Source of the DNA: Chara braunii
Lineage: Eukaryota > Plantae > Charophyceae
Length of the DNA: 64,000 nucleotides
Direction: 5' to 3'
NCBI GenBank assembly: GCA_003427395.1
Contig: BFEA01000015.1
Span: forward strand, 4,662,153 to 4,726,152
Below are positions 50,505 through 60,958 of this stretch, piece by piece; position 1 is the first letter of the stretch, and each line of letters begins with the position of its first letter. The translations under genes and the position numbers were made by a program. Below the pieces are notes generated by a model that made no database searches, had not been told where the DNA came from, and worked only from the letters and a program-made list of their open reading frames with translations.

Positions 50505-50885
50505 TTGGGACCTTTGGTGTATTGCCTTGCCAGTCTTGTGTGTTGTCCTCTGTGTTTTCTGTTGTTGATTTATGACAATGCNCTTCTTCCTTTTCAACGA
50601 GCTGCAAAAGAGGCTGCATTTTGCACCTGCTGTCGGAAAATCTCCATGCATGACAATACACTTTTTCCCTTTGGTGTATTGCCTTGCCAGTCTTGTGTGT
50701 TGTCCTCTGTGTTTTCTGTTGTTGATTTATGACAATGCGCTTTTTCCCTTTCAGCGAGCTGCAAAAGAGGCTGCCTTTTGCACCTGCTGTCGGAAAATCT
50801 CCATGCATGACAATACGCTTTTTCGCTTTCAACGAGCTGCAAAAGAGGCTGCCTTTTGCACCTGCTGTCGGAAAATCTCCATGCC
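50505..50885. repeat. Compound tandem repeat (~157-bp and ~63-bp units)
   Basis: CGAGCTGCAAAAGAGGCTGC...GGAAAATCTCCATGC three times; CCTTTGGTGTATTGCCTTGCC... twice; contains an N, so may be partly an assembly duplication. Confidence 0.8.
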
Positions 50886-51509
50886 TTTCAGTTCTAGTGG
50901 CGACCTAGTGAGGCCACTGGAACAGTGGTCCAGTTGCATTCGGTTCTCAGGCTCTGTGGGTTCCTGTTATTGGGAGTGAGGCAGCTTGTCCGTCAAATGT
51001 GCTCCTCCACAGCGGTTGTAATTCTTCCCTGTAGCAGCCAATCTAGATTGGAGGTCTGTCTCCAATCAACCAGGGAGGAAGAGAAAGGGGCTTCAGCGAT
51101 ACGCTAGTTTTCAGGACATGAGGCCAGCACAAGGATGAGACACTCCAGCTGAGAGAGAGAGAGCAGGGGGCCCGGGGGGAGGAGGGGGGGACAGAATGGT
51201 GGGGATTCAGCCGTTAAAGTGAATGTGTGGTTCTCTCTCTGATTTCTCTCAATAGTCACTGCCTGGTTTGGAGGTGAGGTGCATGGTTATCCCCTGCAGT
51301 TTCTCCTGTGCTTGCTTTTCTAATGTTCTCGATTGATGCAGTGTTTTCACATTTGATGTGGTGTGCAGGGTGTGTGCGCCTGTTATGAATACATGGGAGT
51401 AACCAGATTGGGTGCTGAGCTGGGGAAAAATGATGCTGGCAGTTTGTGGTTGAAATTGTTTGGGGAGCTGGGGCCAGAAGGTAGTTAAGTGGGGTCATCA
51501 CATTAAATG

Positions 51510-51633
51510 CGGTGGCAAGAAGGGGAAGAAGCTGGGGTGGGAAGGGGGTACAGCGTGTAGGCTAACAATTGAATACATACTAGGAGGCAGCAAAGGGGAG
51601 CATTCATGATGATGATGATGATGGTTATTCTGC

Positions 51634-51674
<41 letters not shown>

Positions 51675-52140
51675 ATGATGATTGCAAGGTTGTGATGATG
51701 ATGATTGCAAGGTTGTAATGACGGCCAATGGCAGACTGATGATTTTGAGGTGGGGTGGTAGTTAGTGCTTTATGAAGGTCACATTAGAATCACTCCTTAG
51801 ATTGTGTGATGATTCATCAGATCTATGGATTATCTGCATACACCGGCAAGAAGGGGAAGAAGGGGGGAAAGGGGGTACGGCATGTAGAGTAAAAATTGAA
51901 TACATACGAGGAGGTAGCGAAGGCGAGCATTCATGATGATGATGGTTATTCTCCTGCTGCTGATGATGATGGTGATGATGATGCTGATGCTGATGGCAAG
52001 GTTGTAATGACGACCAATGGCAGACTGATGATTTTGAGGTGGGTGGTAGTTAGTGCTTTATGAAAGTCACATTAGAATCACTCCTTACTAGTCCTTAGAA
52101 TGTGTGATGATTCATCAGATTCATGGATTATTTGCATATT
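51510..52140. repeat. Diverged tandem duplication of ~330 bp containing (GAT)n and (GCT)n tracts
   Basis: GGCAAGAAGGGGAAGAAG...CCAATGGCAGACTGATGATTTTGAGG...GATTCATCAGAT twice. Confidence 0.85.
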
Positions 52141-53142
52141 CATGAAATATCTGACGAGTACACACATGAGTCAGAAAAGAGGATTGGAAGTGAAAGAACT
52201 GGGTGAGAAACAGATGCTAACCGCAGGAATACAGGATTAATCCGATTAAGGACCAGATCGTTACAGATCGGAAGCAAAACGCTTCCGTGTTTCTGTGAAA
52301 CCGGTTGTTAGACATGGAGAGTCTGCATCTGTTCTAATTGGCACCCCCGAGAACACAATCCGTCATTATGACGTATCAGACCTGCATTCATGATCAGGTC
52401 CGTCATCTATTCTAGTCGGCACCCCCCGAATAAACAATCTCCTGTGGTCCGTCATCTATTCTAGTCGGCACCCCCCGAATAAACAATCTCCTGTGTACAT
52501 TCATGATCAGGCCCATCATCAGGGTGCCTTGTGTTCGGGAAAGATGGTAGTCTTACTCGGCCATGTGGTGTTATTGTGTGCGATACCTGGCATGTCCTAC
52601 TTTGTATATGTGTGCCTATCAGGCTGTGAAATGTCCAATCTTTAGGCCACCACACCACGCCATACCACTACCTTCTATGAAGGCCCTTGTTGTGCCGTTC
52701 TTTGTGCTTATTGGTATCTCCTACTTCGTAGATGTAACTTTCAGGCTTTGAAATGTCCAGTCGACAGATCACCCCAAAACGCCACTACCTCTTATGATGG
52801 CCCTGCTTCCTTTCTATTCTGGCCTGCTTACCAGGATGGCCATGATTGTCTTGGTCGGTTGGATTGACAATCTGACAAATGACACTTTTCTTTGTGCGCA
52901 GGGGTTGATCAGACTTCTCAGGAGCCTCTTTCCCTCCATGCCCATGTCTATGCCCATCTGTGTCACCTGCTCATCTGTTCGCCTTGTGTGCATCATTCAA
53001 TTCGACCGTTTTCTATCTCCCTGCACCCTTTACCGGGTTTGCCCTCCATTTGCGTGTTCTCCGGTCGCTCTGACTCTTACCTCCACACTTGCATCCCTTT
53101 CTTCTATTTCCCCTCTTCTGCATATTTCAATGATATTTGCAG

Positions 53143-53331
53143 GTTGGTGATTGGGTGAAAGTGAAGCCAACTCTAACAAGCGCGAAGCATGGCCTCGGGA
53201 CAGTAACAGCCGGAAGCATAGGAGTGGTCTACAGCATTCGTCCTGACCATAGCCTTCTTTTGGATCTGTGCTATCTTGCGGGCCCGTGGCTCTGCGAACC
53301 AGAAGAGGTTGATCCTGTGGAGCCCTTCAAG
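53143..53331 (+). CDS. KEG: KEG exon 14: HERC2-like repeat
   Basis: ttgcag| acceptor; VGDWVKVKPTLTSAKHGLG...PWLCEPEEVDPVEPFK; AAG|GTGGGT donor. Confidence 0.95.
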
Positions 53332-53396
53332 GTGGGTGTGTGCAAATCCGGTTTTCTCCTCTTCTTTTCTTATTATGAAAAGGGGTAACCCTTTTA

Positions 53397-53427
<31 letters not shown>

Positions 53428-53465
53428 CTGTCTCTTATACACATCTAGATGTGTATAAGAGACAG
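53428..53465. other. Nextera mate-pair junction adapter (artefact)
   Basis: Exact CTGTCTCTTATACACATCT+AGATGTGTATAAGAGACAG (back-to-back Tn5 mosaic ends) next to an N gap. Confidence 0.98.
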
Positions 53466-53520
53466 ATATAAGACTGGCCCGCCCTGCAGGCTGCAGGTAN
53501 NNNNNNNNNNNNNNNNNNNN

Positions 53521-53572
<52 letters not shown>

Positions 53573-54399
53573 ATCCGTGTGGTTCCCCAAGGATCCGAAA
53601 TTCGAACTCGTGATCTGTTCATGAACAGGTAATGAAATAAAATGACAGGAAGCAACTGCTTATGATTTGCGCACACCATGGGCTGGATGCAGACACCACC
53701 CAGCCCATGGTGTGTGTGCAAATCATGGCCAGTTGGGGGCCTTGGGGCTCCTGTTATTTCATTTCATTAACTCTGTGTTTGATCGTCATTCAGTAGTGGG
53801 TGCCTGCCTGCGCAGGTTGAGATCCATGAACCACATCAGGGTTGAGCGTTCAGGTCGTCCTGGGAAAGGGACTTGGAGAAGATGTAAGATGTTTTGTCGG
53901 AAATGTTTCCAGTCGGCGATCAACCCACTCCCTAAAGAAATCGGAAGTGCTTGGAGGTCTACAGGGTGTCATATAGCGTTGGGCATCAGAGAATGGTGTG
54001 GTGCCGTGTAATACAGTGTGGGTGAATAATCTGTGTGATAGCGAAGGCCAGGCTGGGATATGTGTAATGATTGTCACAGGCCGAGGTCTGAGAATCTGTG
54101 TTGCTTATGAGTAGTTGCTGCCTTTTTATATGTCCCTTCTGGGAAAGCAGAATTCAGCAAATCAATGATGATTCGAGTCACACTACTAGTAGTCCACGGC
54201 AGCAATGCACCCGTGTGACGCCCCGCTTGCAGTGCTCAAGAAAATTCACTAAATATTAAAATAGTAAATAGCAAGTACTAGTAAATAGCAAAAAAGAATT
54301 ATTACGGGAAACATTAGGGTGTGGATGGTATCCCGAAATCCCGAAATCATTCTTGATAATTTTGATTTTTTTTTTTTTTTTCTTTTTTGGACCAGTTCC

Positions 54400-54600
54400 T
54401 GGGCTACCCTCCGGGCTGCCCGGGTACCTTGTTTGAGTGGGCAGCCCGGCCGTGCATAGACCAGGGAAGGGCCCAGCAAAACAAACAAAAAAAACCGAAA
54501 AAATAAAATAAAAAAACTGTGTGATGCAGAAAAATAAAGTCAACTTTTGCCTCGGGGTCACATCGAAATTCTTTACCATATATTTTTTTTTAACTGTAAT
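54400..54600 (-). mobile_element. Family A element, reverse orientation
   Basis: AACTTTTGCCTCGGGGTCACATCGAAATT is the reverse complement of the family motif; TGGGCTACCC end. Confidence 0.6.
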
Positions 54601-54734
54601 TTTTTAATTTTGTTGTTTGCCCTAATGCTATTTTATTCAGTACTAATCACCAGCAGGATTTGAACTCGTCATCCTACCGGCTAAATTTCTGTACTATTGA
54701 GCCAGAAGTCTTTGGTGACAGTCCACCTAAACCT

Positions 54735-54773
<39 letters not shown>

Positions 54774-55217
54774 GCTGTGATCTGTTGGTGATTAATGGCT
54801 AAGTTTTTGTGCCATTCAGTCGCATGACTTGTGTGGTAGAGGTGAGAAGTCCGCAGTACTCCTGACTCCTGAGGGTCTCTTTTCTACAAATAGTCATAAA
54901 TGCCATGAGAAGGCTGTGGTTTTGCCTGCCCAGCCTGTGTGCATGCACTATGAAGCTTTTGGCAGTGACAGACGTCAACTTGTGGATGGGGTGAGCAGTG
55001 AGCGTCCTTCACTGTGACTGGGCCTCAGGTTGGAATTAACAGACTGGAGAACATGTGTATATGAGAGATATTGACAGAGGCTGCAGAATCTTGATATGTT
55101 TTGAGGGGGAATGGTACTCTCTACTGCATTGCGTGCTTTGTAGCCGTACGAAGGAAACACGGAGTAGGCATCCTGACGGAGATGGTTCTTTTCTGTTTTT
55201 CTGGTCGAAATGCACAG

Positions 55218-55406
55218 CCTGGAGAACGTGTTTGTGTGAAACGTACAGTGGCAGAGCCTCGGTATGCGTGGGGCGGGGAAACACACCACAGCGTGGGGAA
55301 GATTAGCGAGGTCAGCAGTGATGGGCTTCTTATGATTGACATTCCTGGCCGTCCGATCTTTTGGCAAGCAGATCCTGCAGACATGGAGAGAGTGGAGGAT
55401 TTCAAG
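55218..55406 (+). CDS. KEG: KEG exon 15: HERC2-like repeat
   Basis: cacag| acceptor; PGERVCVKRTVAEPRYAWGGETHHSVGKISE...WQADPADMERVEDFK; AAG|GTGAGT donor. Confidence 0.95.
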
Positions 55407-56051
55407 GTGAGTGAGTTTCTAGTGACTTCTACTCGAATCAAAGCAGCACGTCTGCACTGCGGGCCTGCATCATGCATATATGTTTCATGGATCATTTTTC
55501 CTGTTAGTTTACAGTTTAGGGAAGCCTGCATCTTAACTGCAGATCGCTCCAGGTTGCAGACCATCTTCTCTCTCTGATTCTATGCGTGCTTCCCTGCCTC
55601 TCAAATGCAATCACCTCTGGCCGGGCCTCTCAGGTGCACTTTGGTGAGTGTTGCAATGTTCATCGGCCTTCAAGGGATACCGGCACAGGACCTGAAGAGA
55701 TGGAAAATAAATTTGTGTGATTCTTGCAAGCATATGCGGGAAGGGAGAAGTGGGAAACAGCTTTTTCAGTCAGTTTAATCAATTGTTGTTATGCAAGTGA
55801 TGATGATGGAGGAGGAGATCGTCGGAGGAGGAGGAGATGGAAAGGAAGAGTGAGTATTGACTTGTGAACTGGCTTACTTTCTTTCACTCCTTTCTCAATA
55901 TCTTTGTGCTTTTGTTCAAGGTAATTATGCTACACTGCCATGGAAGAGTGTTGTTGTGTTTTCAAATTTTTGCATGAATGAATGGCCAGGATCATTGGAC
56001 AGAGTTGTATGGTTAAATCAAATGCGTTTTGCGATCTCCTTTGTGATCCAG

Positions 56052-56429
56052 GTGGGTGACTGGGTGAGAGTGAAAGCGACTGTGTCATCTCCGAAGTATG
56101 GCTGGGAGGATGTAAAACGCACGTGTATTGGTGTGGTGCACTGCATAGATGAAGATGGGGACATAGGTGTCGGACTCTGCTTCCGTATGAGGCCGTTCCC
56201 TTGCTCTGCCACAGATTTGGAGAAGGTTGTCCCTTTTGAAGTGGGTCAGGAGGTTCGGATCGCTCCATCAGTGGTGGAGCCGCGTCTTACATGGCAGGGT
56301 GAGACGGCAGCCACATCGGGCAGAATCGCCCGCATTGACATGGATGGAACGCTGAATGTCCGCGTTGCGGGAAGATCGGCGTTCTGGCGAGTGGCACCCG
56401 GAGACGCAGAGAAGCTGTGTGGTTTCGAG
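56052..56429 (+). CDS. KEG: KEG exon 16: two HERC2-like repeats
   Basis: atccag| acceptor; VGDWVRVKATVSSPKYGWED...IDMDGTL...WRVAPGDAEKLCGFE; GAG|GTGAGT donor. Confidence 0.95.
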
Positions 56430-57049
56430 GTGAGTTCATAGGAACTTCTTCCACCTATGTTTGTAACATAACTCATTAGTGTATGTTCATCCATTCCTTT
56501 TTGCAACTTTCTCCATCCTCTAGAAAGAGTACCTTGAGTGCATTGAATAATGACGCATGTCTAAGGGTCATACTGAAGTCCAAATATTTGTTGATCTGTC
56601 CAAATACTTGGAGCGGCCCCCATTGCATCTTCGTGATCATGTCGACCACGATGGCCCCCCAAGAGCACTCCACCTCCACCTCCTCCTCCGTGTTCTCCTT
56701 CTCCTCCTTGCTTTTCCTTTTGTCCTTCTCTCTCCTACCCAAACTACCTCCGCCAATCTCCGTCTTCTTTGTCTCTGCTCTTCTTCTTCTGATGGAAAGC
56801 AGCCACTGCTTCCCTTTTTAAGCTTTTGGAAAGCACTCAACGGCATCGACGCAGCTGAGTTTTTCTCTTTCTTTGTGTGTGAATCGCGTCACTTCGTGAG
56901 AGTTCGAGGGTGGGGAGAGTTGGGGGAGGAAGAGGGCGAAGTGGACGACTGCGGGGAAACGATCAGAGGAGGGAGTCAGGTGGAGGGATGACAAGGGAGG
57001 AGGAGGAGGAGGAGGAGAGGTCTGAAGACAACGGAGTTCTTTGTTTTGA

Positions 57050-58340
57050 ACTTGTCTTCTTCGGACCTCTCCTCCTCTTCTTCTTCTTCCTCGGCTTCTT
57101 CGTCTCTGTCTTCGTCTTTGCTGTCGTTGTGTTTGTTTCGTCTTCGTATTTGCCGTTGTCCTCTTTGCTGTCAGACAAACACATGTTTGTCTTCTTCTTC
57201 TTCTTCTTCTTCTTCTTCTTCTTCTTCTTCTTCTTCTTCGTCGTCGTCGTCGTCGTCGTCTTCTTCTTCGTCTTCGTCTCCTTTGTCTTCTTCGTAGTCT
57301 TCTTCGCCGTCTTCTTCTTTTCCTTTTCCTCTTCTTCTTCTTCTTCTTCGTTGTCGTCGTCGTCTTCTTCGTCTTCTTCGTCTCTTCGTCTTCTTTGTCT
57401 TCTTTGTCTTCTTCGTCTTCTTCATCATCTTCGTCATNCTTCTTCGTTGTCGTCGTCGTCTTCTTCGTCTTCTTCGTCTCTTCGTCTTCTTTGTCTTCTT
57501 TGTCTTCTTCGTCTTCTTCATCATCTTCGTCATCTTCGTCATTTTCCTTTCCTCTTCCTCTTCCTCTTCGTCATTGTCGTCATTTCCCTTTCCTCTTCCT
57601 CTTCCTCTTCCTCTTCCTCCTCCTCTTCCTCTTCCTCTTCGTCTTTGTCTTCGTCTTCCTCTTCCTCCTCTTCTTCGTCATTGTCGTCATCTTCTTCTTC
57701 CTCTTCCTCTTCTACTTCTTCATCATTGTCGTCATCTTCTTCCTCTTCCTCCTCTTCTTCGTCCTTCTTCGTTGTCGTCGTCGTCTTCTTCGTCTTCTTC
57801 GTCTCTTCGTCTTCTTTGTCTTCTTTGTCTTCTTCGTCTTCTTCATCATCTTCGTCATCTTCGTCATTTTCCTTTCCTCTTCCTCTTCCTCCTGTCTCTT
57901 ATACACATCTAGATGTGTATAAGAGACAGGTCTTTTATGCTGCTATTGAAACCAATCTTGCCCCTCTTACCATATCCTCTTCCTCTTCTACTTCTTCATC
58001 ATTGTCGTCATCTTCTTCCTCTTCCTCCTCTTCTTCGTCATTGTCGTCATCATCTTCTTCTTCTTCTTCTTCTTCTTCTTCTTCTTCTTCTTCTTCTTCT
58101 TCTTCTTCTTCTTCTTCTTTTCCTGTTCTTCTTCCTCCTCCTCCTCCTCCTCTTCTTCTTCTTCTTCTTCTTCTTCCTCTTTCCGCTTCTTCTTCTTCCT
58201 CCTCTTCGTCGTCAATGTCGTCATCTTCGTCCTCTTCCTCTTCCTCTTCCTCTTCCTTCTCTTCCGCTTCCTCTTCCACTTTCTCTTCCTCTTCCTCTTC
58301 TTCTTCCTCCTCTTCTTATTCCTCCTCTTCTACTTCCTCC
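57050..58340. repeat. Large (TCT/TCG/TCC)n low-complexity tract with local duplications
   Basis: Trinucleotide-periodic pyrimidine tract; contains an N and an adapter. Confidence 0.9.
57892..57929. other. Nextera mate-pair junction adapter (artefact)
   Basis: Exact 38-bp junction sequence. Confidence 0.98.
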
Positions 58341-58435
58341 TGTTCCGTCTTGTTTGTCATCTACACATGGTTTGTCTTTTTCTTTTGTTTTGGATGGATC
58401 ACAACCTTACAAGCACCCCCAGTCCCTGGCTTCTT

Positions 58436-58516
58436 GATGAATTTGAGCGATGCAGAGAAGATCAGCATGCCCCCTGTGCAAGGATGACAGGCATGGATTG
58501 AGAAATGGTCCATGTT
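58436..58516 (+). pseudogene. U6 snRNA-derived sequence, copy 1 (3' ~80 nt)
   Basis: CGATGCAGAGAAGATCAGCATGCCCCCTGTGCAAGGATGACAGGCATGGATTGAGAAATGGTCCA aligns without gaps to recalled plant U6 (CGATACAGAGAAGATTAGCATGGCCCCTGCGCAAGGATGACACGCATAAATCGAGAAATGGTCCA). Confidence 0.85.
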
Positions 58517-58607
58517 AGAGAAACAAAACAAAAAGGTTCAGAAAGGGTTACAACCTCTCACCGCTCTCAGGGCAGAAAGTGTTACAACCTCTCACTGCTC
58601 TCAGGGC

Positions 58608-58741
58608 ATACCTTCGGTGGGGATATCTGGAGCTGAGCACCCCCAGTTCCTAGCTTCTTGATGAATTTGAGTTGATGCAGTCAAGATCCGCATGGCCCCT
58701 GTGCAAGGATGACAGGCATAGATGGAGAAATGGTCCATTCT
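58608..58741 (+). pseudogene. U6 snRNA-derived sequence, copy 2 (5'-stem-like part, ~30-nt insert, 3' core)
   Basis: Core 58660-58741 ...AAGATCCGCATGGCCCCTGTGCAAGGATGACAGGCATAGATGGAGAAATGGTCCA; upstream CCTTCGGTGGGGATATCTG resembles U6 5' CCTTCGGGGACATCCG. Confidence 0.8.
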
Positions 58742-59279
58742 AGAGTAATACAGCTGTCCCCCATATGAGCAGCAGGCAGCTGTATTTTTTATTTTAACAA
58801 AAAAAACAAGAAGGTTCAGAAAGGGTTACAACCTCTCTCTGCACTCAGGGCATACCGTCGATGGGGATGTCCGGAGCTAGCAGAGAATGTGTCCCCAGAT
58901 CTATAGTAGACTTCCATACCGTTGTTGACCTTGACGTCCACAAGGGTATTCCTGCACAGCTGTTTTCTTCGGTGTTGTCGTGTGATTCACTCCGTTATGG
59001 CTTGAATGCAGTGCTTAAAACTTCTGTAAAGAGGAAATGACTGGTGAAATGCACAATGCTATGCTCTGCCTGAGTGAGGATGCGGATAGGACCAAGAGGA
59101 GGGGACCAAGTCTGGAGTGTTTTCTTCCTGGCTCAGGCTGTCTGCTTGTTGTCTTTGCTGTGGTTCATTTTCATTTTTCTGTACCCTCATCATGACCTTT
59201 CATTTCATTGGGGTTCTAGGGGTCTGTCAATATAAAATGGTTGATGAACTGTGAAGCTTCTTTTCTATTATGTTTCCAG

Positions 59280-60578
59280 GTTGGTGACTGGGTGAGGGCA
59301 AAGATTGGAGCAAGAGAAAGACGAAGTTTGGAATGGCAAGGAGCTTCGCGTGAAAGTGTAGCAGTGGTCCACTCAGTGTCGGACACTGGGTATCTCGAGG
59401 TGGCGGGCTGTTTCAGATCAGGACGCTGGATGGTGCATGCTGCAGAGGTAGAGAAGGTTTTGTCGTTGCAGGTAGGGCAGCACGTTCGGGTTCGGAGGAA
59501 TGTAACAGAACCACGCTGGGGTTGGCGGGGGGCGTCCCACAACAGCCGGGGTGTTGTGGTTGGCGTGCATGCAGATGGAGAAGTCCGGGTTGCCTTCCCT
59601 GGGCTTGCAAGTCCGTGGCGAAGTGATCCTGCTGATCTTGAAAGAGAGACGATGTTTGAGGTGGGTACTTGGGTGCGTATCCGTGAAGATCTGGTTGAGC
59701 CCAGGCATGGATGGAATGGTGTGCGGCCTGGAAGCGTTGGAGTTGTTCAGGGTGTCGTGTACGAGAACGACTGCTCAGGGGCAGGATCCTCAAGGGAAGT
59801 GAACCAGGAGAATGCTGGTCTGCCGTCTGCCGCAGGAGCGGGCTGTGGTCCAGCAATGCTTGTAGCATTTTGTGGACGACAAGAGCGATGGATAGGCTTG
59901 CCCGAAGAGATGGAGAGAGTTGTGCCATTCCGAGTCGGGCAGACTGTGAGAGTGAAACCGGATGTCCAGCACTTGAGGTTCGGGATGGGCGGACATCGAC
60001 GGGGAACAGTTGGGACAATCACAGGCATTGATGCAGATGGCCGCTTACGGTTGCACTCTCCAGTGGGATCCACGCAGAAAGCATGGATGCTTGACCCTGC
60101 AGAAGCAGAGACGGTCGAGCCTCCTTCTCTTCAGGTGGGGGATTGGGTTTCGGTTTGCCCTTCGGTGCCCACACCAGTTCATCAATGGGGAGAAGTGACT
60201 CATAAGAGCATTGGGGTTATTCATCGCATTGATGATGATGGAGATTTGTGGGTGGCCTTCGCTTTCCTCGAGCGGCTGTGGGTTTGCAAACCCGAAGAGA
60301 TGATCAAGGTAGAACCGTTTCGCATCGGCCAGCATGTGCGAGTGAAACGGTCTGTGGTGACACCACGGTGGGGTTGGGGGATCGAGACTTACGCAAGCCG
60401 TGGTGTAATTGCTGGTGTAGATGCAGACGCGAAACTGAGGGTGAGATTTGCCCGAAGAGAAGGCAGGCTCTGGGTGGGGGACCCAGCAGATATTGAACTT
60501 GATCCTGACCTGGAACCTTCAGCAGACAGCAGACCAGAAATGAGTCCACTAAATTTCAACCGACGGTTCTCTCTCTAA
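59280..60578 (+). CDS. KEG: KEG exon 17: remaining HERC2-like repeats and stop
   Basis: ttccag| acceptor; VGDWVRAK...TPRWGWGIETYASRG...REGRLWVGDPADIELD; TAA at 60576-60578. Confidence 0.95.
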   Translation, partial: VGDWVRAKIGARERRSLEWQGASRESVAVVHSVSDTGYLEVAGCFRSGRWMVHAAEVEKVLSLQVGQHVRVRRNVTEPRWGWRGASHNSRGVVVGVHADGEVRVAFPGLASPWRSDPADLERETMFEVGTWVRIREDLVEPRHGWNGVRPGSVGVVQGVVYENDCSGAGSSREVNQENAGLPSAAGAGCGPAMLVAFCGRQERWIGLPEEMERVVPFRVGQTVRVKPDVQHLRFGMGGHRRGTVGTITGIDADGRLRLHSPVGSTQKAWMLDPAEAETVEPPSLQVGDWVSVCPSVPTPVHQWGEVTHKSIGVIHRIDDDGDLWVAFAFLERLWVCKPEEMIKVEPFRIGQHVRVKRSVVTPRWGWGIETYASRGVIAGVDADAKLRVRFARREGRLWVGDPADIELDPDLEPSADSRPEMSPLNFNRRFSL

Positions 60579-60748
60579 GTTTTGGATTGTTCGTTTTTAT
60601 TGATTCTTGAAAGCCAGAGCCCCTTTCCTTCCCAGGCAATGATGTATATCCAGGGTTTCATGCTTGCCTTGCTCACCTGCAGTACCTCTGCTGCTGCAGC
60701 TGCCAATATGCTGCACAACGGGACACTGCCACAGACTGAAAAGGGGAG

Positions 60749-60958
<210 letters not shown>

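Larger units (their letters stand above)
8178..60578 (+). other. KEG: Gene span: KEG-type E3 ubiquitin-protein ligase, 17 coding exons, 1716 aa
   Basis: Exons join in frame through GT-AG introns (exon lengths 827,417,198,138,111,226,158,155,257,122,105,237,145,189,189,378,1299 = 5151 nt). Domain order RING-HC / kinase / ankyrin / HERC2-like repeats is diagnostic of Arabidopsis KEG, and many peptides match recalled KEG sequence (LPREWISEDL, EPRYAWGGETHHSVGKISE, SSPKYGWED). Confidence 0.96.

Noticed and set aside
50505-50885. Regularly spaced repeats that might resemble a CRISPR array (also 16576-16682 and 46600-46870)
   Set aside because: Intervening sequences are repeated rather than unique, the context is a eukaryotic intron, and there are no cas genes
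53428-57929. Pair of Tn5 mosaic-end sequences suggesting a bacterial Tn5 transposon or horizontal transfer
   Set aside because: The back-to-back 19+19 arrangement is the Nextera mate-pair junction adapter; no transposase present
56910-58487. 525-aa ORF, the longest in the track
   Set aside because: Translation of a TCT/TCG low-complexity tract containing an N and adapter sequence; lies inside KEG intron 16
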